DNA of 33,509 nucleotides from Octopus bimaculoides (taxonomy: Eukaryota). Every line of letters begins with the position of its first letter. The first letter of the stretch is position 1. Under the pieces are notes generated by a model. The model had not been told where the DNA came from. It made no database searches and saw only the letters and a list, made by a program, of their open reading frames with translations. The DNA lies in NCBI RefSeq assembly GCF_001194135.2, contig NC_068992.1:68081580-68115088 (forward strand). Direction: 5' to 3'. A program made the translations under genes and the position numbers. This document shows, piece by piece, positions 1 to 11,684 of this stretch.

Positions 1-34
<34 letters not shown>

Positions 35-84
35 TCACAGATATACATACACACACATTACATTATATTTCTTTCTCGTTGCAG

Positions 85-324
85 CATATAGGAAACTGCT
101 TCTGTGATCCAACCATCGAACTAATCTCTTTAAATGGAATTACATACTGCATAAAAGTGTTCACACCGACGCAGCTGGTGGCTTTCAATGGTGCTCGCTA
201 TGTTGTCATTTCAAAAACACAATCTATGTTCATCATATTGCTGTGTTCTAGTCCAAAGAAAAGCAGAGCATTGTCGGACTGGTTAAAAATTGCAGCTTCC
301 AAGATAATCGATCCTCAACCATGA
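85..324 (+). CDS. Terminal coding exon of a divergent profilin-like gene (upstream exons lie outside the window)
   Basis: Pyrimidine tract plus acceptor (tttctttctcgttgcag|, AG at 83-84), phase 0, open to TGA 322-324. Peptide HIGNCFCDPTIELISLNGITYCIKVFTPTQLVAFNGARYVVISKTQSMFIILLCSSPKKSRALSDWLKIAASKIIDPQP follows the profilin C-terminal pattern (F.dP, l.l.G..Y, v.KT..hhhh, terminal helix). AATAAA at 852-857 and 980-985. Family call is by eye. Confidence 0.62.
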   Translation, partial: HIGNCFCDPTIELISLNGITYCIKVFTPTQLVAFNGARYVVISKTQSMFIILLCSSPKKSRALSDWLKIAASKIIDPQP

Positions 325-417
325 CATTCATTATATTTTCTCTATTTTCTTTCCTTCGACATTTTTTGACAGGAGTATCAACCGAAGCTTCAAAAATAGC
401 CGGCAAATTATATATAT

Positions 418-497
418 NNNNNNNNNNNNNNNNNNNNNNNNNNNNNNNNNNNNNNNNNNNNNNNNNNNNNNNNNNNNNNNNNNNNNNNNNNNNNNNN
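418..497. other. Assembly gap (others: 7687-7697, 8180-8513, 14357-14387, 15203-15293, 23829-24580, 25815-25824, 28882-29171)
   Basis: N-runs, most flanked by microsatellites; all X-rich ORFs in the track are artefacts of them. Confidence 0.98.
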
Positions 498-3400
498 GGA
501 AAGAGACAACATTTCATATCAGAAGAGATACATATACAGATATTACATATGATCCGCGAGTCTGGCGCAGGAAGACCCCTATGGAACTACTAAAGTTCCT
601 AATGCGGATAAGATTAAGATTAAAGCGATGTTTAAAAAAATGACAACAACATAGAAATAATATGCTAATTATCACTGACTACTTATTAACGAATATCACT
701 TGGAAAACTAACAATTAACATGAATTAAATCGGAAAAGTTTGAACAAAGGGGTGGAAGATGTAGAAAACAAAAATTCTTCTACATCACATATGAAATGAT
801 TCACCAATTTTAAAGATTCGAGGAAATTCCAAGAGAAATTTAGAAAAGAATAATAAAAGCAATCAGACGAAAAGCATCTGAAAAATATAAGGTTTCGAAT
901 TATGAAATATTCAAGTTATAAATACATACGATTATACATCTGCATTTTTAAAAAAGTTGGATCTTGCGATACTTTATGCAATAAACATAGATTACTGACT
1001 ACCATTTTATCAATGGAGGGAGAAAGCTAGTTAAGATATTTTGCCGAAATAGTAAATCCTATTTTCTATTGCAAGAAGCTGATCATTGGACATTTCACAA
1101 TCATCTCATTTTTAATTTAAGTTTGCCAGACTTTTTCATATCATACTTCAACGTCGTTATATGTCTAACAGTCTGCATGTAACCTAAATCTTTCACCAAC
1201 GTACACGTACAGAATATATATATACATATATATATACATACACAAACACACACACACACACATATACATGTGAGTTTGTGCTTATATACACATACACACA
1301 TTTTGTCAACTCTTCTAATTAAATATTTAGGCCGACAAATGGAATTAAAGAGAACACACTGGTGTGGCTAAGTTTTGTGTCTCATAGAAATAAACGAACA
1401 ATAGCAGCATTAATTCCTCACTACTAAGACATTGCTCAACTTTGAGACTAGCAGATATATATGTAAAGAAATAAAGATCTACATGGAAATGTTTATCCAC
1501 TTCTCGGGTACGCTTTCTTGGTAAGATGGGCACTTCTATAATTGACAACGATCAATTCATTTGAAAGAAATTATTTTAAACTTTGATGAAATTTTTGATC
1601 CCGGGACAGCAATTTGACAATTACACCATTTGTGTCTTTGGCAAAATGTTGAACATCGAATTTATATAAAGAAACATTATAAATCTGAATATATATTGCA
1701 ACATTCAAAACAGTGTTATTTCCACACCGTCCAAAATCTGAGTGGAAGATATTTTAGAGATAGAAACCTTAATTTTATTTTCTCTGCCGAGGTTGCTTAA
1801 ACATTTTGCTGTTATAGGTTCTCCCAATTCCTTTTTGGTTCATGCAATAAGATATTAGTCAAGCTGGAATAGATTCCGGTTTGCAGGTTCTTTTAGAATT
1901 CTGTTTTAGATAAGAGAAAATTCACAAACACTGTTTTGTTGTTGTTACTCTTTTGAATATAAAGTCGCAACATGATGATAGTTATAATGAGAATGAGGAC
2001 GATTATGATGGAAGCAATTTTGTTGATGTGTGACGTGTTGGAATCTCATATTCACAGGAAAAAATGTTCTGCGGTAAATCATAATAAAAATGATGTTTTT
2101 GTCTGAAATATATGACGTGTTTATTTTCATTTTTTATATTTATTTTGCTTCTATTTAGCTTCCCTGCAGCTAACTTTCTCAAACATTAACTGATATCAAT
2201 TTCAACGCATTTTAACGTAAGTAGCGTTCACCTCATAAATATAATGATATGACTATTTCAATTATTTATGATAAAGTATGCCATGTCTTTTAAACAAACG
2301 CTTAGCTGTCTAGATTTTTCAAACTCTCTCCGCAATATTTGCTCAGGCGACTTCATCTTTATTTGAATAAATAACCGACGGATGTATAGATTCTTTCATG
2401 TAAATAATATGGGGTTTCTTTTAAAAATTTTGATTTTCTAATCATCTTAAAAGCTTGAAACAGCTTAAACATTACGGAAATGATAGTCTGCGAGGAATCT
2501 GGATGGTAAATTATGCACAACATGTGTGTAATTTTTTTTTATTTCATTTCAAAGAAAACGTCTATTTAAATAAAGTTCCTAAATAATTTATTGAGATTGT
2601 TGACAGTTTTCCCTAGCAACTAAAAAATGTTGTTTTGTATAATTCATGCCTACTGGCAGTTACAGAAATGCTTGCAAGAGACAAATAAATGTTATTGTCA
2701 AGAATGTATTAGATAGGTGAATTATCGAGATTATGGTGAAGCGACAGCACTAATAACTTTAATCCATATTTATAGCATATTTTTGTGAAGCATAGTGAGA
2801 GGGATGATTGAAACAATCCCCAGTTGTTTTTAGTTAATTGCTCATGAAATGTTTCAAAATCGACTGTGATGTGTTTTAAACTCACAACAGAAATGGTAAC
2901 CTCAAATAATACGAATCATGATTCTTCCATTTCTTGTATTCAGTGCAAAGTGTTGATTATGGCATCAGCGAAGTAAGACACCGTTTAAGTAATTTAATTT
3001 CAGTTTCACGCGAAAGCGGAGAAGTGTTTTAAGCATGCAACACACAGGTACACGACAGTGACCTAGTTACAATAAACCGAGATTAAGAAGACAAATCAAA
3101 ACGAACAAGCCACTTATACTGATGAAGGTCAAGAATAAAAAAATCTCTGTATTATAAATATATCATGCCATAAGACACCAAGGGAACTGGAGAAACTACG
3201 TCAGAAATAAATTGTGACAAAATTTTATCATGAAACATTGACATGAAAAGTTCCAAATAGTGAATACTTTTATTCAATTGTATGAAGTCAAAGCGAGTAA
3301 AGGTAAGACTGCTCTGCATTTGGGAATTTTTAAAAATTATTTTGCTCACGTAAAGATTTTCAATAAATCTAGAATTAATGATAATTAAAAAATGTGAACT

Positions 3401-3573
3401 TTTAATAAATTGATACTTTATTAGAAAAAAAAAAGTAATCATGGAAAAGCATATATATTGTTAGTTTTAAGAACGTGTGTATTCCAAATTAACATGAAAA
3501 TGAATCCTGAATCATCAAATGAAATAAATGTAAAAAAAAAAATATGCTCCTAATAGTTAGCATACATATTGAT

Positions 3574-4750
3574 TCAAAGGGAGGAGGACAGCTTTGAATT
3601 CCGCTTGTGCTGTACATCCAGACCATCACGTTTCAATGACCAGCAGATCCGTCATCATGCTGACATTCCATTTGCCCTGGCATCGAGTTTACATGGTGCA
3701 AATATCCTGATGAAACCACTCTCCTTGTTCTTTGCTGCAGTCTTTACAATTATTCGAAAAATAGTCATGATGTGAGGGCAAAAATGCATCATGTCACTCA
3801 TTCTAGACTCAAGTTGATAGAAACTTAAGATCAGGTCTTGGATCATTTTTCATATTCTGAGGAGCGGCTGTTTCCCAAGAAGGTTTGAACAATCTGCCCG
3901 AAGGAAAACCAGACAGTCAACTCGACACCTGCTAATGCATCCTCAAAATACTTGTCCTTCTTGAATTACCGAATCTGAGAACCAATAAAGAGTCCTGCTT
4001 TTAGCTTGTCTTCACTTATACGAAGGAACTTTGACTCAGGGTACCTGAAAGCCGCTCCATTCTTGTTCAGCGCCTTCACAAAATTTTTCATAGGCCCTAA
4101 TTTGTGGTGGAGTGATGGCAGCAGAATTTTCTTGGAGTCAACTAGTGGCACATCTTTCACGTTATGATTTCTGGGTAAGAAGCTGTTTCTTGGTGGCCAG
4201 TCCTTTTGCTCATAATGTGGGTTGTCCGACCTACTATCACAAAGTCAAAGGAAACAGGGATGCGTTGTGTATCCTCCTTGAAGATCTAGTGGAATAGCAA
4301 TAACTTTTAAATCATCACAAATGAGAAATTGCAATTATGATACTTGATGGCAGTTATTAGTGTCTTCATATTTTCATAAGTTTCTGCCATTTGGACCCTA
4401 TGGCCAACTGGAACAGATGCAGCTGTCTTGCCATTGTAGAGAAGAACAGCGTTTAATGTTCTGTTTGAAGAATCAACGAAGAGCCTCCATTCATCTGCTT
4501 TGTACAACATCTTCATGTGTTCAATAAGGCCTTAAATAGATTTAACAGAAAGCTAAAGAATCCGGTTTGTTAAAGAACTGAGCGAATTCCACTTCACGAT
4601 GACAGCACCAAGCTAATCTCATTTCAGGAGCTAGACGTCTATGATTCTTTAGTCTAGAGACAAGTAACTGCGCACTTTCTTTTAGAACGCTAAGTTCCCT
4701 CACGAAGTAATTCAGCTCAACTTGAATGAAGAGCTTGGTATTGGTCATAT
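3574..4750 (-). mobile_element. Decayed DNA transposase, probably CMC/Chapaev3-like; 5' part missing
   Basis: Collinear frameshifted fragments on the minus strand: QVELNYFVRELSVLKESAQLLVSRL; EWRLFVDSSNRTLNAVLLYNG; VPLVDSKKILLPSLHHKLGPMKNFVKAL...KLKAGLFIGSQIR; EQGEWFHQDI...QGKWNVSMM...CWSLKRD, stop at 3574-3576. These match the LPPLHIKLGLMKxFVKAL / GERFHQD transposase family. The superfamily name is from recall and is less certain than the transposase call. Confidence 0.8.
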
Positions 4751-4762
4751 TTTGGTAGTTTA

Positions 4763-5093
4763 TTCCTCGTCGCTGGAATAATGTTTGCCTCTCAAACCCT
4801 CTTTCATGGGGCCGAAGAGATGATAGTCTGAAGGCACTAAATCTGGTGACGAGGAAGTGAAAACTGTAGCGAAGAAGTGGCTCAAAGAACAGTCAGCAGA
4901 ATTTTACGGGGCAGGGATACATGCTGTCATTCGAAGGTGGAACATTGCTCTTGAGAGAAAAGGTGACTATGTTGAGAAGTAGGAATGTGATCCACAGAAG
5001 ACCAGCTTCATTCTGATGTATGATACATGCTCCTGTGTTTGTAATTATACCTGTCCTAAACAAAATGGCATTAACTTTTGACTCACCCTCGTA
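4763..5093 (+). mobile_element. Mariner (Tc1/mariner) 3' fragment with an internal inversion
   Basis: 4763-4850 read on the minus strand gives SPDLVPSDYHLFGPMKEGLRGKHYSSDEE. 4848-4982 on the plus strand continues DEEVKTVAKKWLKEQSAEFYGAGIHAVIRRWNIALERKGDYVEK*. The 3' TIR ttttgactcaccctcg is followed by TA (5092-5093). Confidence 0.9.
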
Positions 5094-5895
5094 CTTTATC
5101 ACTTGCTTATGTCATACAAAGAGAAAAGTAACTTTTCCGTATAATTTGAGAACCTGATGTGTTAGAGAGATGAATGAAGAATAAACCCCATGAATCCCTA
5201 TTTTTCATATATACTTCGAAACAAATACCACACAGTCAAAATCATGCAGACCAGTGTAATATACACAAAATGATAATGCAGAAAATAAGATGAAACTACA
5301 GAATATATGGCAGTAAAATTAATTTCACGAGCCAGTGTTTCCAAAACACTATATATAGTTGCATGTATTTGCTAAAACGTAGTATTTAGCAATAGAGTTG
5401 AAGGTTTCGTACAACGAAAATAATGCTGTCCTTATAGAATATGCTGAAAGAGATGCTACAAATGCTACAAGCAATGAATGAATGAATGAATGAATGAATG
5501 AATGAAAACGACTTTCCCTCTGAATCTCTGTACTGCCATATTGTCCTTTTGCAATGTTGTGAAGTAAATGGGAATAGTTAAACATGAAAAAAGCTCCCAG
5601 TATCACTAAAATATATTAAAAAGAGATCTAATAAACCAATGTGAAAATAGGCGGTTGAAATAAAGGAACGGGATCGGATGCATCTTCACAGACGATATAA
5701 AGCTGGAAGTCCTGTTAGTAAGCAACGCGGCCCTGAGTTCAAATTTGTGCCTTCTAATATTAATGACTTATGAGGAGGGGGATGTGTTAGGAATTTAGAA
5801 CAAACCATATTGTTAAAGACCATACTAATGACTTGTACCCTAGCGAATGCATACTGAGAAGAGGGTGTACTTTTAGTCCTTTCTTCAATGGAAAA

Positions 5896-5937
5896 TATTG
5901 AAACCAGGTGCATCGAAGGATGCATCTGGTTTCAATA
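5896..5937. repeat. 42-nt hairpin (19-bp stem, GAAG loop)
   Basis: tattgaaaccaggtgcatc-gaag-gatgcatctggtttcaata; the one non-Watson-Crick pair is G:U in the plus-strand RNA. Confidence 0.85.
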
Positions 5938-6759
5938 CCGCGATTGACAGCCTAACGGAACTCGTTGGTACGCTATCCCAACGTAATTAGAGACTTCTCA
6001 TTCATATTCAGTTGGGTTAGGCTTCAATTTTTCATGATTTTCTTAAAGTATACCAATTTTAAATATTTTAGAATATTTATGTAAACCATATCTTTACTTA
6101 AGTGACTATTAATACTGGCTGACGTTTGAAGGGAGATTAATTCAGTTAACTGTGGTGAATCATGCGTGACTTTAAGAGTAGTTTTCTTGAATAAGGATGA
6201 AGCATACACAAAGGCCAAGCAGGAGCAATAAGCAACCACCCATACAATTGTGATACAGCAGTTGGACGACGAAAGACAAGTTTCAGGTTCAAAGAAATCT
6301 GTAACGGCCTTGACTCTCAGTTTGAGGTTTTATTCGTGATAAAAGTATGGGTTGGTACTAAATGCAGGAGACACGAAGAACCACATTAAGTGTGATGGTA
6401 TCTACACTGACATACAAATACTTATGACGCTCGAAAATTACAAGACTTCCATCAGATCCGTATCCGATCATGGGTGCGATCAGAAGGACGATGGAGTTGA
6501 TAGTGAATTTCAGGAAATCGATTTTGATTAATATGCAGAAGCAGAAAGCACTTGTCTGAATTCTGCCCACGAGGTAGAAGAAACGTGCATTAGAGACATC
6601 GACAGGTCCCAGACAATCATGCTGCTACAACTACAACCCCAACACCAACGACCACCACGACCATCACGCTGGCAATTACCTAAAGCTATTCATTTGGCAG
6701 AATCTGTAGTACTGGATAAGGCGGAGACGTATAGAGTTTCTTTGAATATGACATGTTGC

Positions 6760-7095
6760 GATTAAGAAAGGGCAGGGAACAATTTAGTTTGCGTTTATAT
6801 GTTGTGGGAGATGAACAGCTGAAGTTCCTCTACATTCAGGACAAGTTTGTCGTTATTGGGGCCAAACGGGTAAGAAGTATGGGTTTAAGTGAGTTATTAG
6901 TATTAGCGTTAATAGCGGTGCTGATGTTGGTAGTGAGGGGGTTGCGGTGGGGTAAGTTGGCACAAATTTGCAACGATATGGAGTTTCGGTTTGTCTTGGA
7001 ATCATTGTGTGAGAATAAATCTTGGACCCAAGGTGAAAGGTTCAAATTTAGATTCGGCACCAGAAACTCAGCGTTGAGGATGGCCATGTTGATTT
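6760..7095 (-). mobile_element. Possible very old Penelope-like fragment (pre-RT region)
   Basis: Minus-frame FTLGPRFILT resembles the LGPKF.pT motif upstream of Penelope RT. It is followed by C/A-rich, stop-containing sequence. Weak. Confidence 0.25.
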
Positions 7096-7630
7096 AACCT
7101 TAAACTTCGTTGCGTGTATATGTGTCTCTGGAACATTATATAGACATGTGTGTGTCTGCATATGTGTGTGCGTGTGTGTGTCTGCATGTATATGCGTCTA
7201 TGTGTAAATGTAAGGCTGTATGTAGGAGTGCATCTTAATATGTTATTTGTATATTCAAATCCTTACCTGCAGCACTTTCACACGCACGAATTCACTAGCG
7301 TCAACACACAAGCGTGCGCACACACTCGCATACATCGTAGACATATTTAAAACAGTTTTATCAGATTTGTATATTATTATTCATATTCATGCTGTGTCTA
7401 TCACTGATACTACATCCTTAGAATGTGCTCAAGTTACGTAGCTCCTCTACATTGCATCATCACGCCAGTCCTTTCACATCTCAATGCAGTTGTTTATTTA
7501 ATCTCGCTTCTGCCAGTTAGCTGTTTCTTCCTCTCATTCAAGTTAGTTTCCTATCACGTCTATCTCGCCAGCTATCTTCTTCTACGCCCTTCATTACACA
7601 TCTTTATTATCTCCCTTGCATTCTTTCATC

Positions 7631-7685
<55 letters not shown>

Positions 7686-7832
7686 TNNNNNNNNNNTCTC
7701 TCTCACTTTCTCTCTCTCTCACTTTCTCTTTCTCTCACACATATGGGCACACATGTATGACATTTTTCATATATTATGTGTGTGTGTGTGTGTGTGTGCG
7801 TGTGTGTGAGCGTAATAATATTAATAATAATA

Positions 7833-8179
7833 TGCCCTGATGCAGTACCAGACAGTGGTTCTCATGGCTTCTTATCTTAACTGATTGTAGGTGTTATCAT
7901 GTACATTGTTTTGTCTTGGTATAAAATATGGCCTACAGCAAATATTCTGCTCAATACCACAGATTTGCTTGTCAGTTGCTTGATCTTAACCAGTTGAGCA
8001 CGTTCCTTGATAGCTGACAATATGTGCATCTCTGATCACGAGCAGAAGTAGTGGGGGAGCATCATAGCCATGTGTTGAGAGGAATTCTTTGGGGTTTGGA
8101 TAATTTACCTTTGGAAACATGGGTATTTCGTTCAACATCCTCACACCATTATTCAAGGACCTTTTGAGCGGAATGGGCT
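7833..8179 (-). mobile_element. 3' end of an unclassified non-LTR retroelement with (TTA)n tail, copy 1 (runs into N-gap)
   Basis: 7833-8119 aligns by eye as the reverse complement of 11381-11660 (gctcgtgatcagagatgca...gagcagaatatttgc...cagttaagat.agaagccatgagaacc). It ends in a TTA-repeat tail at 7813-7832. Confidence 0.7.
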
Positions 8180-9599
8180 NNNNNNNNNNNNNNNNNNNNN
8201 NNNNNNNNNNNNNNNNNNNNNNNNNNNNNNNNNNNNNNNNNNNNNNNNNNNNNNNNNNNNNNNNNNNNNNNNNNNNNNNNNNNNNNNNNNNNNNNNNNNN
8301 NNNNNNNNNNNNNNNNNNNNNNNNNNNNNNNNNNNNNNNNNNNNNNNNNNNNNNNNNNNNNNNNNNNNNNNNNNNNNNNNNNNNNNNNNNNNNNNNNNNN
8401 NNNNNNNNNNNNNNNNNNNNNNNNNNNNNNNNNNNNNNNNNNNNNNNNNNNNNNNNNNNNNNNNNNNNNNNNNNNNNNNNNNNNNNNNNNNNNNNNNNNN
8501 NNNNNNNNNNNNNTAGAATCCCTCTCCCCCATTTCTTCCCACAAGCCCCCTCCCACTTCCGTGGTTTAGCCTCCATTTTGTGAACCATCAGACTCTATAA
8601 ACAATTCTAATGTTGGGCCATTTGCCATCAACCAATCAGTCTGCACCTGAAACATTGCCATTTTCTTCTCATTTTCTTTTTGTTTGTTTTTGGTTTTACT
8701 TTGCCTTGTTTTCTTTTCAGTTTAACATTCTCCATTAAACAGACATGAAACATTCCCACAGATTATGTAGAAGGAAAGTGTCTGAGTACCATTTAAATCT
8801 TAGTTTAGTGCACACAAATAAATCACCACCACCACTACCATCATCATCATCATCTTTTGTAAATTTGACGAAATCAAGATTAGTTTAGAAAGACTGATGC
8901 CGCTGAAAACTACTCTATTTCTCTGCTCTCTATCGCCCGGAGATTACAAAGAGGGGTAGGCCTTTGATAATCTTGGTAATTCGGGTCCATATTATTGGCA
9001 CTGTAACTTAAGGAACTTTGTCACCAAAAGGACATTCTTTATGAGTACTTGTAAGAAGAACAAGTATCTTCTAAAGAAAGCTTGCATCCGAATCCCTTGG
9101 CGACAGAAAGAAATTAAGTTGATTTAGAAACCTTAAAAATCTTATTTGCACACATTGCATTCTTACATCCAAAATGGTGACCACACAGAATTATGCCACC
9201 CAATAAATCACAAAAGAACAAAAATTCAAGTCCCACACGTAAATGTAAAAGGGAAAGGGAAATGAAAAGTATAGTAAACAGTAATTAGGAGAAAATGCCC
9301 TCAATTCTCAAATAAGTTATTTCGAAGGCAGCGACAGTAATAAGAGCAGCAATATCAGCAGCGAATGGTACACGAATAGGAGATGTATTCAGTTATAAAA
9401 AACAACGCAAGAAACTTACAAAGCTTAAAGCAAAATAGCCCAAAGAAATAAGAGATTTCCGTGGGACCATAAATAAAAGGCTGTACAAAGAAATGCTTGT
9501 GTAGTCACCGCAAAATAACCAGAGAAACTGAATGTCCGTCGCTCAACAAAAATAGGGTAAGTGAATCTCTTCATTTTCTTTCTCTCTGACAAACATTCC

Positions 9600-11380
9600 G
9601 TTGCTCAGAATAGGCAGTGTAAATGCACATGGCCTAGGGTAGCATTGGAAAAAGGGCCACCTACTCATTGATCGCAGGTCAATAAGTTTAGGTATTGTGG
9701 TTCTCAGTGATGCCAAACTCCTCGATCGACGTGTTTTCAGGCTTTTTTCGGTGGATACAAGATTTGCTTATCTCCATGTCAACTACGAATGAGAGGTGGA
9801 ACTGTGGTGCTGTTCCAGAGAGGTCTATCTCGATAAGGACAATCTTACACGTTAAAGAAGTTAAGTCGGTTGTCCGGGATGTGAACAGTAGCTACGGGAT
9901 GCCTTCAGATTGGTAAGTGTTTATGCTCCGACAGGAGCAGGGCGATCAGATTTTTTCAGACGTCTGGAGGTTTTACCGGAAGCGTCACGACCTCTAGTGC
10001 TAATTGGTGATTGGAGCGCCCTCTTGGACGCACGTTTTAATTCTGTAGCTGTTAAAAGAGTGGGTGGCGAGAGCCTCACAAACTTGCTCATACTTTCTCA
10101 TCTGTCTGACTGATACTGAATGGATTTCTCGAATGTACCCGTGTGAACATGGACAAACCACATCGGTTCCTCTGGGTTGCAGATTATTCTGTACGCAGGT
10201 ATATAAGGTTAATATAAGCTGTCCACTTTTTAAAATCGTCAGTTACACAGACCACACATTTGTGATCTGTACGGTCTGCTTAGATGGATTTCGTAGGCAG
10301 AGACCCGGTTATTGGAAATTGAACGCGTCATTCCTGGTGTGCAAATCTTTCAGAGCCTGGATTAGCGAATTAGTTAAGCGGGCGTTGACGGGGTCCATCG
10401 TCAACAACAAATGGAGTTTTGCTCTTAAAATGGCAATTAAACACCATTCGATTATGTTTCGTAGGGCATTAATGATAGAAAGGAACATGATAGAGGAAAG
10501 TGATTGTGGTGACGTGCTGGCGACCAATTCTTAGACGTTAAGCATGAAGGATGCATTATGAAAGCTAAGACGCGTGCTTTATCTAACAAGGAGACTAAAG
10601 CCGCTCGATGGGTCCGAGTGGCAGAGATGCAACATGGAAACAAAGCCACAGCCCGGGCGCACGGTACTCGAGCTTGAGCAGATATGTGAGGTATACCAGT
10701 AACACTTCAGCAACATTTCATCCAACTGTTTGGTTCAAATGGCAGAGCGGATTACAAGGTGGACTTCAGTGCCTTCCTCGATGGCATACCAAGGCTCTCG
10801 GCAAGGGGGTCCAAAGCGTTGCGACTTGCCGATAACAGTCGCGAAAATATGAGATGCAATGATGTGTTGCATGAGGAGAAAATTGTCTGGTTTCAATGGC
10901 CTACCCTACGAGATTTACCTTTATATGCCAGACTTGTTTGGTAGCATTTTAGCAAATATCTACCGCATCTAATAGCAGAACAGAAAGATTTCCTAATACT
11001 CTGAGTCAAAGAGCAGTGACACTGCTGCAAAAGGACACAAACAAGGGGAATCAAATAGAAAATTTTAGGCTCATGACTCTACTAAGTGTAGATTTAAAAA
11101 AATTGGCCAAGGTGTTAGGAAAGAGGTTGGTGTTTATCATGGAGGATCTGATTACTATTGGGCAAACATGCGGAATCCTAAGCAGCGCCATCCACTACAA
11201 GCTCCAACTCTGTGGGTAAAGAAGCGGGATGTGTATCAATATAAAGCCTTCAATACGGCCGACCATCGGGTTAAACTCTACAGGCATGGTAGCGGTATCA
11301 GTCGGGCTTGCCTGTGATGCGCGCAGAGCGACGAACTGTTCTGCACGCTCTTGTCCAGCACCAATGCATTGCTGACTTGT
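9600..11380 (+). mobile_element. Decayed, internally deleted Tx1/L1-clade LINE ORF2 (APE endonuclease, start of RT, C-terminal zinc knuckle)
   Basis: LRIGSVNAHGL (~9604); VYAPTGAGRSDFFRRL...LVLIGDWSALLD; SYTDH...PGYWKLNASFL; FRLMTLLSVDLKKLAKVLGKRL (RPIsLLn.D.Ki..K...RL); CAQSDE/TVLHALVQ knuckle at ~11320-11360. Many stops and frameshifts. RT core motifs are absent between ~11215 and ~11280. 8900-9600 may be decayed ORF1 (not supported by motifs). Confidence 0.85.
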
Positions 11381-11684
11381 TGTTTCCAGAGGTGAATTAT
11401 TCAGGCCCCAAAATATATTCCTCTCAACACATGGTTATGATGCTTCTCGACTACGTCTGCTCGTGATCAGAGATGCATGTATTGTCACACTAAGTGACAT
11501 GCTCAACTGGTTAAGGTCAAGCAACTGAGATACAAATTTGTGGTATTGAGCAGAATATTTGCCGTAGCCCATCTTTTATACCAAGTCAAAATATGTACAA
11601 AACATTTCCAATCAGTTAAGATCAGAAGCCATGAGAACCGATGCCTGAGACTGTATCAGAAAATTTATTATTATTTATGTTGTT
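11381..11684 (+). mobile_element. 3' end of the same unclassified retroelement, copy 2, 5'-truncated, (TTA)n tail
   Basis: Inverted homologue of 7833-8119. It begins abruptly at tgtttccagagg where the Tx1 ORF stops and ends in tttattattattt. Confidence 0.7.

Noticed and set aside
3116-3150. CTGATGA hammerhead-like box
   Set aside because: No stem II and no GAAA box downstream. Similar orphan boxes at ~3708, ~19316 and ~23085 also lack the full topology.
8660-8790. Very strong polypyrimidine tract and acceptor (ttttcttttcag| at ~8720)
   Set aside because: All three frames stop within 10 codons and there is no good donor; could only be non-coding.
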